Shown piece by piece: positions 30,391-38,650 of a DNA stretch of 64,000 nucleotides. Made by a program: the position numbers and the translations under genes. Source of the stretch: Fidelibacterota bacterium (lineage in GTDB: Bacteria; Fidelibacterota; Marinisomatia; Marinisomatales; Marinisomataceae); contig JBJKZP010000008.1 in NCBI GenBank assembly GCA_045560235.1, positions 76,148 to 140,147 of the forward strand. The letters are read 5' to 3'. The notes below the pieces were generated by a model, which saw nothing but the letters and a program-made list of their open reading frames with translations, ran no database searches and was not told where the DNA came from. Each line of letters starts with the position of its first letter. The first letter of the stretch is position 1.

Positions 30391-30744
30391 ATGAATTACT
30401 ATGAAGTATTATACATATTAAACCCTAACTACAGCAAAGAACAAATTTCAGGTGTTATGAGTGAAGTTTCAGATTTTGTTGAAAAGAAAAAACATGCAAT
30501 TATAAATCATGATTTTTGGGGAAAGAAGCAACTAGCTTACAATGTAAAAAAGCATAAATATGGAAACTATATACTACTTAACACAGAATTCCAAGACGCT
30601 AACTTTGTAAATGAGTTTAAAGTGTTTTTGAATTTAAATAAGGAAGTCATGAAGTATATGATTATTAAGCTTGACGATAAACCTTCGCTAGATGTAAACA
30701 ATGAAGAAAGCACAAAAGAAGATGCTGTACAGGAGGAAAATTAA
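30391..30744 (+). CDS. rpsF: 30S ribosomal protein S6
   Basis: ORF opens at 30379 (TAATG with hppA). ATG 30391 gives the canonical [10 protein letters not shown] start, with GGAG 6 nt upstream. WGKKQLAY motif. Confidence 0.9.
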   Translation: MNYYEVLYILNPNYSKEQISGVMSEVSDFVEKKKHAIINHDFWGKKQLAYNVKKHKYGNYILLNTEFQDANFVNEFKVFLNLNKEVMKYMIIKLDDKPSLDVNNEESTKEDAVQEEN

Positions 30745-30968
30745 TGTTAACAAGCAGAAAAAAGTCCTGTTATTTTAAAAGAAATAATATCCAGGACGTT
30801 GACTATAAAGATGTTAAGCTTTTAAATAGGTTTATCAATGATCAGGGTAAAATTACCCCAAGAAGAGTAACTGGCACTAGTAGTAAAATGCATAGAAAGC
30901 TCGTAGTAGCTATTAAAAGAGCAAGAAACATTGCATTGCTTCCATTTGCCGCAGTGGATAGGGATTAA
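30744..30968 (+). CDS. rpsR: 30S ribosomal protein S18
   Basis: 74 aa. [42 protein letters not shown]. Confidence 0.93.
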   Translation: MLTSRKKSCYFKRNNIQDVDYKDVKLLNRFINDQGKITPRRVTGTSSKMHRKLVVAIKRARNIALLPFAAVDRD

Positions 30969-30970
30969 CA

Positions 30971-31417
30971 ATGAAAGTTATTTTAAAGGAAGATGTCCAG
31001 AATCTAGGACAGCAGGGTGATGTTGTTGAGGTTAAATCAGGTTATGCTAGAAATTATTTAATGCCTCAAAATCTAGCTATCTTATTTACTCACAAACAAA
31101 TGAAGAGCATTGAAGAAGCTAAAAAGTTAGAAGATAGAAAACTTGAGATGCAAAAAGATAAGCTCTTAGCAACAATAAAAGATGTTGAAGCGCTTCAACT
31201 AAATGTTAAGATGAAATCTGAAGAAGGTGACAAGCTTTTTGGATCAGTTACTAAGCTTGACATAGTAAAGCTTCTTGAAGAAAATAGCATTAAAATTGAT
31301 AAGAAATATATTGATTTAAGCTCTCCAATTAAAACGCTTGGTGAACATAAAATTGGTATTGTTTTTACAGGAGATATTTCAGGTAGCTTTACTTTATTAG
31401 TCGAAAAAGAAGACTAA
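30971..31417 (+). CDS. rplI: 50S ribosomal protein L9
   Basis: 148 aa. MKVILKEDVQNLGQQGDVVEVKSGYARNYLMPQ. Confidence 0.93.
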   Translation: MKVILKEDVQNLGQQGDVVEVKSGYARNYLMPQNLAILFTHKQMKSIEEAKKLEDRKLEMQKDKLLATIKDVEALQLNVKMKSEEGDKLFGSVTKLDIVKLLEENSIKIDKKYIDLSSPIKTLGEHKIGIVFTGDISGSFTLLVEKED

Positions 31418-31848
31418 CTTTTAATAGATTTGATTATGGTTTTTTGAGAACCGCATTTTTTGCAAAAGATATACATGTCTTTGTATTCAGATTCTTGTTT
31501 GTTACAATCATCGCTATCTCTACAAGCATAAATATAGCGATATACGTTTTCAACCTTTTTTTCTATTGAATTAGAAGACTTGCGTAACCAGTTTCTAAAA
31601 AACGCTTTGTAATCTTTTTTGCGTTTTTGGTTTGCCTTTAACCAATCAAGCATTTTTAATAATTCAAATTCAACATCTAAGCTAGGAAACTTCTTTGACC
31701 ATTCTTCTAAGTTCTTTTGGATTTCTTCAACCTGCTCTTTTTTACTTGGCAGATTTCTTTTGCTGGTTGGGTCTAATTTTTCAAGTCTTTGTTCAAGACT
31801 ATTAATTCGCAGAAGCAATTCCTCTAGTTCACTTTTCTTAATTGGCAT
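31414..31848 (-). CDS. Hypothetical protein (coiled-coil N-terminus, basic Trp-rich middle, C-terminal C-x5-C-x13-C-x2-C)
   Basis: A 144-aa open frame in roughly 30% GC DNA is unlikely to arise by chance. I recognise no family. See finding. Confidence 0.6.
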   Translation of the reverse strand: MPIKKSELEELLLRINSLEQRLEKLDPTSKRNLPSKKEQVEEIQKNLEEWSKKFPSLDVEFELLKMLDWLKANQKRKKDYKAFFRNWLRKSSNSIEKKVENVYRYIYACRDSDDCNKQESEYKDMYIFCKKCGSQKTIIKSIKS

Positions 31849-31944
31849 ATCTAATATTTTGTTAAACGTTAATTCATTAACTATATTTACCTATAATACA
31901 TTAATTTATTAATTAATTTTAACTTTTTATTAATAATTTTAATT

Positions 31945-32421
31945 ATGATAGACAAAACTGATATATCAATATTGCATATTCTTCAAGCGGATGGAAGAGC
32001 TTCGGCCAGCGAAATAGCAAAAACGGTTGAACTATCTATCCCTGCTGTTACAGAAAGAATTAAAAAATTAACTGATAAAGGATTAATTAATAAATTTGTC
32101 GGAATTTTAAATCACAAAAATGCAGGTTTAGATTTAACTGCTTTTGTATTTATAGTTAGTGAGCATTCAGATCATTATAATAGCTTTATAGAGCAGGCAA
32201 ATAAATGCGAGTCAGTCATGGAGTGCCATTCTATTACTGGTAGCGGTTCACATATTTTAAAAGTACGAGTTGAGAACTCCCAAGCTCTTGAGGATCTACT
32301 ATATAAAATCCAGAATTGGCCTGGAGTTTCAAGGACACAGTCAAATTTAGTTCTTTCTACATATAAGGAAGAAACATCAATTGACCTTAATATATTAAGT
32401 CAATCTTCCAAAAATAATTAA
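31945..32421 (+). CDS. Lrp/AsnC-family transcriptional regulator
   Basis: 158 aa. D..IL.ILQADGRAS.SEIAK.V.LS.PAV.ERIKKL (HTH) followed by an RAM/ligand domain. Confidence 0.88.
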   Translation: MIDKTDISILHILQADGRASASEIAKTVELSIPAVTERIKKLTDKGLINKFVGILNHKNAGLDLTAFVFIVSEHSDHYNSFIEQANKCESVMECHSITGSGSHILKVRVENSQALEDLLYKIQNWPGVSRTQSNLVLSTYKEETSIDLNILSQSSKNN

Positions 32422-32499
32422 TAATTAATTTCATCTATCTTTTTTTATAAATATATTTAATGAAGAATTAATTAAAAATTTTATAAAAAGGAGATTTAA

Positions 32500-33507
32500 A
32501 TGAAAATAATGGCTGAATATATCTGGATGGATGGACATACTCCTACACAAAAACTTAGATCAAAAACTAAAATATTAAATAAAAAAATATCATCAGCTTC
32601 TGAGTTACCAAACTGGGGTTTTGACGGTTCTAGCACCAATCAAGCAGAGGGTAATTTTAGTGACTGCTTATTAAAGCCCGTTTGGATATGTAAAGATCCA
32701 ATTCGCGGAAGCGACCACATTTTAGTAATGTGCGAGGTTATGAATGCAGATGGCTCAGTCCACTCTACAAATAGTAGAGCTCATTTAAGAGAAATTGCAG
32801 ATCAATTTAAAGGCGAAAAATCATGGTTTGGTATTGAGCAAGAATATACATTTTTTGAAGGGCGTAATCCTCTGGGCTGGCCAGAGGGCGGATATCCTGC
32901 TCCTCAAGGACCTTTTTATTGCGGTGTGGGAGCAGACGAAGTTTTCGGACGTGAAATTGTTGAACATCATTTGGAATTATGTCTTGAAGCCGGATTAGAA
33001 TTATCTGGTATCAATGCAGAGGTAATGCCAGGCCAATGGGAATACCAAGTTGGTCCACTGGGACCCTTAGAAGTTTCAGATCAGTTGTGGGTATCTAGAT
33101 GGCTACTCTATAGAATATCTGAGGATTACGGTGTAAGCGCTACACTACACCCCAAACCTGTTAAAGGAGATTGGAATGGGGCAGGAGCACATATCAATTT
33201 TAGCACAAAATCAATGCGCGAAAAAGGTGGCATTGAGGTTATCAACAGCGCTTGTGAAAAGCTTAGCAAAAAACACAATGAACATATCAATGTTTATGGA
33301 GCACACAACGAGCAAAGACTAACAGGAAAACATGAAACCTGCAGTATTAGTGAATTTAGATATGGAGTCAGCGATAGAGGAGCCTCGATTAGAATCCCGA
33401 TGCAAACTGCAAATGATGGTTATGGATATTTAGAAGATAGACGACCATCTGCTAATATGGATCCATACCAAGCGTGCGCAGCATTAATAGAAACAACTTG
33501 TAGTTAA
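32500..33507 (+). CDS. glnII: Glutamine synthetase, type II (eukaryote-like)
   Basis: 335 aa. AEYIWMDG, NWGFDGSSTNQA, WFGIEQEYT, GPFYCGVG, GINAEVMPGQWEYQVGP, KPVKGDWNGAGAH.NFS, DRGASIRIP, LEDRRPSAN. AAAGGAG RBS 6 nt upstream. Confidence 0.92.
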   Translation: MKIMAEYIWMDGHTPTQKLRSKTKILNKKISSASELPNWGFDGSSTNQAEGNFSDCLLKPVWICKDPIRGSDHILVMCEVMNADGSVHSTNSRAHLREIADQFKGEKSWFGIEQEYTFFEGRNPLGWPEGGYPAPQGPFYCGVGADEVFGREIVEHHLELCLEAGLELSGINAEVMPGQWEYQVGPLGPLEVSDQLWVSRWLLYRISEDYGVSATLHPKPVKGDWNGAGAHINFSTKSMREKGGIEVINSACEKLSKKHNEHINVYGAHNEQRLTGKHETCSISEFRYGVSDRGASIRIPMQTANDGYGYLEDRRPSANMDPYQACAALIETTCS

Positions 33508-33525
33508 GTTAGTAAATTGTAGCTT

Positions 33526-34560
33526 ATGATTCATGAAAAGCTACTAAAGTGGTACGACCAAAATAAAAGAAATCTCCCGTGGAGACATAGGAGAAATCCT
33601 TACAGAGTTTGGATTTCTGAAATCATGTTACAACAAACTCAAGTTAAAACAGTGATTCCATATTTTAATAAATGGATGCAAAAGTACCCCAATATTAAAG
33701 CCTTAAAAAATGCCAATTATGATGATGTGCTTAAAACATGGGAAGGATTGGGATATTATAGTAGATGTAAAAACATCTATAGCGCTGCACAGATCATAAC
33801 TAAATCTTTTCCAAAAACATATAAAGACCTAATAAGTTTGCCAGGCATTGGAGACTATACAGCCAAAACAATTCTTGCAATAGCTTATGATAAAAAATCT
33901 GTCGGAATTGATACTAATTTAGAAAGAATAGGTTATAGGCAACTTGGATTAAAAACAAAAAGTAAAAGGAATCAAAAAAGGGTCGCTAGATTTCTAGAAA
34001 AAAATCAAAGCGTTAGTAGGCCAGGAGACTATAATGAAGCTTTAATGGATCTCGGAAGTTCTTTATGCAAGTCAACCAGCACACTTTGCAATCAATGTCC
34101 TTTAAGCAATTCATGCAAAGCGCTCCAATCCTCTTCTCCAACGAAATATCCACATCCTAAAGTTTCTAAAAAAATACCAATATATGACATAGCAGTTTCT
34201 ATAATCAAGTTTGAGAATAGAATTCTTATTTCTAAAAGAGGAAATACAAAATTTTTACCAGGCCTGTGGGAATTTCCTGGGGGTAAAATTGAAAAAAATG
34301 AATCAGCAGAAAAGGCTGTCATTCGCGAAGTAAAAGAAGAAACCAATCTTCATATAAAAGCACCAACTTACTTAGGTTCTATAAAACATCAGTATTCTCA
34401 CTTTGGGATAAATATTTCATTGTTTATTTCGTATCCAAAATCTATTAAAAGCCTATCCATTAAACAGGATTTTAAGTGGGTTCTTTTTGAAGATATTGAT
34501 AAATATGCTCTGCCAAAAGCAAACCATAAAATGTTAGATATTATTAAAAAGTTAGATTAA
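33526..34560 (+). CDS. mutY: A/G-specific adenine DNA glycosylase MutY with Nudix-type C-domain
   Basis: 344 aa. WISEIMLQQTQV (catalytic Glu), HhH LPGIGDYTA, GIDTNLERI (Asp), Fe-S loop C-x6-C-x2-C-x5-C (CKSTSTLCNQCPLSNSC), C-domain GLWEFPGGKIE...REVKEETN and YSH. Confidence 0.85.
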   Translation: MIHEKLLKWYDQNKRNLPWRHRRNPYRVWISEIMLQQTQVKTVIPYFNKWMQKYPNIKALKNANYDDVLKTWEGLGYYSRCKNIYSAAQIITKSFPKTYKDLISLPGIGDYTAKTILAIAYDKKSVGIDTNLERIGYRQLGLKTKSKRNQKRVARFLEKNQSVSRPGDYNEALMDLGSSLCKSTSTLCNQCPLSNSCKALQSSSPTKYPHPKVSKKIPIYDIAVSIIKFENRILISKRGNTKFLPGLWEFPGGKIEKNESAEKAVIREVKEETNLHIKAPTYLGSIKHQYSHFGINISLFISYPKSIKSLSIKQDFKWVLFEDIDKYALPKANHKMLDIIKKLD

Positions 34561-34570
34561 TATAGCCGAT

Positions 34571-35284
34571 ATGATAAGAACATTAATTTCTGCTATAGTA
34601 TTTATTTTATTTTTACCACTATTTGCCTTAGTTATGATTATAGGCATTATTTTTTCATATGTTACACATTCTAGAAACCTTTATTATCCTTTAATACCAT
34701 TATCTAGTCGCTTACTTATGCTAGTATCCTTTCAATGGTTTAGCGTTAAGGGCCAGGTCCCTAAAAAAGAAAATGGTCCATACATTTTTATGTTCAATCA
34801 TGAATCAATGTTTGATGTATTCATGTTAGGTGGCTCTATTCCTTATTATGTCAACGCTATTGGCTGGGAAGGGATTTTTAAGTGGCCTCTTTTTGGTTTT
34901 TTTGCAAAAAGATATGGCGCTTATGCCATAACGCATGATAACACCGATAAAGCTCGTGAAACATTAAAAGCAGCTGAAAAAATATTGGTTGAAGACGGAG
35001 ATTCTATGTTGTTTTCACCTGAAGGGCAAAGGACTCTTACGGGAGAAATGGGTGAATTTAAAAAAGGCGGGTTTCATTTTGTAAAAAGTACAAATGTTGC
35101 ATCAATCGTTCCTGTTGGATTGATTGGAGCTTACAGGGCCAATGCAAGAAATAGTTGGATTGTTAACGCTGGAAAGCTAACAACTGTATTTGGTGAGCCC
35201 ATTACCCCTGAAGAATATAAAGATTTAAGCGTTGAAGAGTTAAGAGATCTTACAAAGTCTAGAGTGACTAGTCTTTTAGTTTAA
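34571..35284 (+). CDS. plsC: 1-acyl-sn-glycerol-3-phosphate acyltransferase
   Basis: 237 aa. N-terminal TM helix, H-x4-D box (FNHESMFD), FSPEGQRT, VPVGL. Confidence 0.85.
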   Translation: MIRTLISAIVFILFLPLFALVMIIGIIFSYVTHSRNLYYPLIPLSSRLLMLVSFQWFSVKGQVPKKENGPYIFMFNHESMFDVFMLGGSIPYYVNAIGWEGIFKWPLFGFFAKRYGAYAITHDNTDKARETLKAAEKILVEDGDSMLFSPEGQRTLTGEMGEFKKGGFHFVKSTNVASIVPVGLIGAYRANARNSWIVNAGKLTTVFGEPITPEEYKDLSVEELRDLTKSRVTSLLV

Positions 35285-36472
35285 GTATCTAATTTTAGGA
35301 TGAATCAGTCCTGCTAAACCACATAATCCAGCCATCAATCCAAATAATAAAAATATTTCGTGTATGCTCATGAACTCTGTAAGCAAACCAATAATTCCAC
35401 TCGAAACAGCAGTCATGCTCAAAATTGAAACAGAAATAATTGCAAAGATACGACCAAGCAATTTTTCTGGTATGTTTTTTTGCATAATAGATACCCTTGA
35501 AATAATTAAGAAGGGAATTCCGATGCCATGAATGAAAGACAAAAAGTTTAATTGATTTAATGTTTCTATAAAGTAGTAAAAGCAAAAACTTGCCCCATCA
35601 ATAAATAAGCCTAAAAGAAACAATAGACCATGAGGTAATCTGTTGCCAATTTTATATACAGTTGCAGTCCCAATAAGCATACCTAAACCCACAAACGCCT
35701 CAACTAGCGCAAAATCAGATGCGGTTCCACCCAAGTAAAGTTTAACTAATATTGGTATGCCAACTATTGCAGGACCCATAACAAATAAGTTGCTTAGTAA
35801 AGTTAGAAGAATAATGAATGCAAATGTAGTATGTTCTATAAGATAGTTAATACCTTCTTTTGTTTTAGAGATAATTTTATGTACGTTAATTTCTTCTTTT
35901 TCAACGCTATCTTTTGGAGCCATTGTAGTTATAGCTGCAGCTATAAAATAAAATATAAGACAAAAAACAAACAAGTGTTCAACATTGTAAATTGTTAAAA
36001 GCTGAGCAGCAATGATTGGACCTATTAATACTGCAGTTTGCCAAGAAATGTTAACAATTGAATTGGCTTTAAGTAAACCTTCTTTGTTAATTTGAGTAGG
36101 CAAATAAGCATTAAACGCTGGAACCATGGGCAAGCCAAAGGCATTGTGAAAAAAGGCAATTAGCATTATTATCCATATTGAAGTTATATTAAAAAAAAAT
36201 AATAGCGGTATCAGCGCCAAAATTAACCCCTGCATGATAGTTGCAAATGATATCATTTTTGTTTTAGGAAATAAATCAACTATAGCACCAATAAATAAAC
36301 CACATAAGATTGCAGGCAAATAAGACGTCATAGCGACAATTCCTGTTATTTTTTCAGAGTTAGTTATATCCAAAACAAGCCATATAAAAGCAACATCATA
36401 AATTGCTCTAGCAATGGAATTCATTAACGGAACGGTTAATAAGAATGTATTTAAATTTTTTCCTTTGAACAT
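35276..36472 (-). CDS. MFS transporter (MFS_3/EntS-like layout)
   Basis: 398 aa, about 12 TM helices. N-terminal pattern FLLTVPLMNSIARAIYDVAFIWLVLDITNS....G......LP..L.G...GAIVD. Confidence 0.8.
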   Translation of the reverse strand: MFKGKNLNTFLLTVPLMNSIARAIYDVAFIWLVLDITNSEKITGIVAMTSYLPAILCGLFIGAIVDLFPKTKMISFATIMQGLILALIPLLFFFNITSIWIIMLIAFFHNAFGLPMVPAFNAYLPTQINKEGLLKANSIVNISWQTAVLIGPIIAAQLLTIYNVEHLFVFCLIFYFIAAAITTMAPKDSVEKEEINVHKIISKTKEGINYLIEHTTFAFIILLTLLSNLFVMGPAIVGIPILVKLYLGGTASDFALVEAFVGLGMLIGTATVYKIGNRLPHGLLFLLGLFIDGASFCFYYFIETLNQLNFLSFIHGIGIPFLIISRVSIMQKNIPEKLLGRIFAIISVSILSMTAVSSGIIGLLTEFMSIHEIFLLFGLMAGLCGLAGLIHPKIRYLN

Positions 36473-36503
36473 CGGAAAGAAACTACGTATAATTCATATA
36501 ATT

Positions 36504-36800
36504 ATGACATACATTATAGCAGATCCATGCGTTGGAACATGCGATACAGCATGTGTAGAAGTTTGCCCCGTAGACTGTATTCACGGCCCAGATGATCCTG
36601 AAGGATCTGGAGAAGAAGCAAAAGAAAGTGGCTATGATGCTACTAATAAGCAATTGTATATAAACCCAGAAGAGTGCATTGATTGTGGAGCGTGTGAACC
36701 TGAATGTCCTGTTGATGCAATTTATGATGAAGACGAAGTTCCTGATGAGTATGATCCCTCAATAGACAAAAACTATAGTTTTTTTGGTCAAGAAAGATAA
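36504..36800 (+). CDS. Dicluster ferredoxin
   Basis: ORF 36414..36800 trimmed to ATG 36504 (MTYIIADPC...), because the extension overlaps the MFS start. CVGTCDTACVEVCPVDCI and CIDCGACEPECPVDAI. Confidence 0.85.
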   Translation: MTYIIADPCVGTCDTACVEVCPVDCIHGPDDPEGSGEEAKESGYDATNKQLYINPEECIDCGACEPECPVDAIYDEDEVPDEYDPSIDKNYSFFGQER

Positions 36801-36867
36801 GTTTATAATTTCCTAACATTTTACGCTTTCATTTTCTATTTTTACACTCATAAAACATTATTTATAA

Positions 36868-37968
36868 ATGGATAAAAATCAAATATTAGAAAAGCTTAAG
36901 ACTATCAAATACCCGGGCTTTAATAGGGATATTATATCTTTTGGGATGGTTAAAGATGTAGTAATTGATAAAAATACTATAACAATTATTCTATCGATTT
37001 CATCACAAAATAAAGAAAAGAAAAACCAGTTAGTTAAACAAATTTCTGAATCACTTGAATCAGATGAATTTGAAATTAAAATAAAGGTTTTAGACCAGCC
37101 AACAAGAAAAACAGTAGATACAAGCAATAAAGATAGAAACGTACATGGAAATATAAAAAATATTATTGCAGTGGCAAGCGGTAAGGGTGGAGTTGGTAAG
37201 TCAACTATTGCTTTAAATATTGCATCATCGTTAGCCGAATTAGGCTATAAGACTGGTTTATTAGATTTAGACATATATGGACCTTCTTTGCCAATTACAA
37301 TGGGAGTAAATGAAAATCCTGAAGTTGTAGATGGACAAAAAATCGTACCAATAGAAAAAAATAATTTAAAATTAATGAGTTTTGGTTTTATTAGCGGAAA
37401 TCAAGCCCCTGTAGTTTGGCGAGGCCCATTAGTTGCTAAAATGACAGAACAATTTTTTAAGGATGTTACATGGGGGGAACTAGATTACTTGATTTTAGAT
37501 CTTCCTCCAGGCACTGGCGATGTTCAACTTACGCTATCACAAAAAATCCCTTTAGATGGAGCTATCATTGTAACTACTCCAAATGATATTGCATTGACTG
37601 ATGTTAGAAAAGGTGCAGATATGTTTAAAAAAGTAAAAACCAGGCTACTCGGCGTTGTTGAAAACATGTCTTTCATGAATATTGAAGGAAAGATACCAGG
37701 TATGAATAACGAAGAAATACTAATAAATGGTAAATGGGTCAAGGTAGAAAATGAATCTTTTTCATATCATTTTAATTTATTTAAAAAAGGCGGCGGCTTA
37801 GAGGAAAGTAAAAGATTAAATATCCCACTATTAGCAGAAATACCCTATTCTGAAGAGTTAATGCTTTCTATTGATAAAGGAGAGCCATTAGTTCAATCTA
37901 ATTCAAAACATTCAATCTCAAAAATATTTATTAAAGTGGCTAAGAGTTTGGTTAAACAATATGAGTGA
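36868..37968 (+). CDS. mrp: Mrp/ApbC/NBP35-family P-loop ATPase with N-terminal DUF59 (MIP18) domain; lacks CXXC
   Basis: 366 aa. Deviant Walker A (ASGKGGVGKST), DLDIYGPS, DLPPGTGD, VVENMS. The translation contains no Cys at all. Confidence 0.85.
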   Translation: MDKNQILEKLKTIKYPGFNRDIISFGMVKDVVIDKNTITIILSISSQNKEKKNQLVKQISESLESDEFEIKIKVLDQPTRKTVDTSNKDRNVHGNIKNIIAVASGKGGVGKSTIALNIASSLAELGYKTGLLDLDIYGPSLPITMGVNENPEVVDGQKIVPIEKNNLKLMSFGFISGNQAPVVWRGPLVAKMTEQFFKDVTWGELDYLILDLPPGTGDVQLTLSQKIPLDGAIIVTTPNDIALTDVRKGADMFKKVKTRLLGVVENMSFMNIEGKIPGMNNEEILINGKWVKVENESFSYHFNLFKKGGGLEESKRLNIPLLAEIPYSEELMLSIDKGEPLVQSNSKHSISKIFIKVAKSLVKQYE

Positions 37969-38650
37969 TATATCTGTAAACCATTTAGGAATTATAATGG
38001 ATGGGAATGGAAGATGGGCCATGAATAAAAATCAACCTAGAGTTTATGGCCATAAGCAGGGTGCAAAAACAGCTAAAATGATTATCGATTATTGTGCCAA
38101 AAAAGAAATACCTTTTTTAACATTGTATACTTTTTCCAATGAAAATTGGTCTAGACCAAAGGAAGAGATAAATTCTTTGATGGATCTATTATCTTTTTAC
38201 CTAGAAAAAGAAGTTGAAAACATGATGAGGAACAATATTAGATTTAATGTTGTTGGAAGAATAGAAAGTTTACCAAAAAAAACTAGAAATTTTGTACTAT
38301 CAACAATGAATAAAACAAAAAATAACTCAGGTTTATTTTTAACTTTGGCACTAAGCTATGGAGGTCGACAAGAAATTATAGATGCTATAAACTCTATTAT
38401 AGATAGCAATATTAAAATAATTAATGAAGATATTCTAAAAAATCACTTATATTGCCCTGAGTTGCCAGATCCAGACCTGATTGTTAGAACAGGAGGAGAA
38501 TATAGGTTGAGCAACTTTTTATTATGGCAGTCTGCATATACAGAAATTTTTATTTCTCAGAAAAATTGGCCTGAGTTTATAATTGGTGATTTGGAAAAAG
38601 CATTAAATGACTTTAAGAAAAGATATAGAAAATTTGGGAAAATTCAATAA
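37961..38650 (+). CDS. uppS: Undecaprenyl-diphosphate synthase (cis-prenyltransferase)
   Basis: 229 aa. HLGIIMDGNGRWA, FSNENW.RP..E, IRTGGE.RLSNFLLWQ.AY.E. Confidence 0.93.
   Translation: MSDISVNHLGIIMDGNGRWAMNKNQPRVYGHKQGAKTAKMIIDYCAKKEIPFLTLYTFSNENWSRPKEEINSLMDLLSFYLEKEVENMMRNNIRFNVVGRIESLPKKTRNFVLSTMNKTKNNSGLFLTLALSYGGRQEIIDAINSIIDSNIKIINEDILKNHLYCPELPDPDLIVRTGGEYRLSNFLLWQSAYTEIFISQKNWPEFIIGDLEKALNDFKKRYRKFGKIQ

Noticed and set aside
26029-31848. Prophage or island remnant anchored at tRNA-Gln, which might explain the orphan ORF at 31414-31848
   Set aside because: The tRNA sits in the widely conserved ispE-tRNA-Gln-prs-ctc-pth context. There is no integrase, no direct repeat of the tRNA 3' end and no phage gene. 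The intervening genes are core translation genes.
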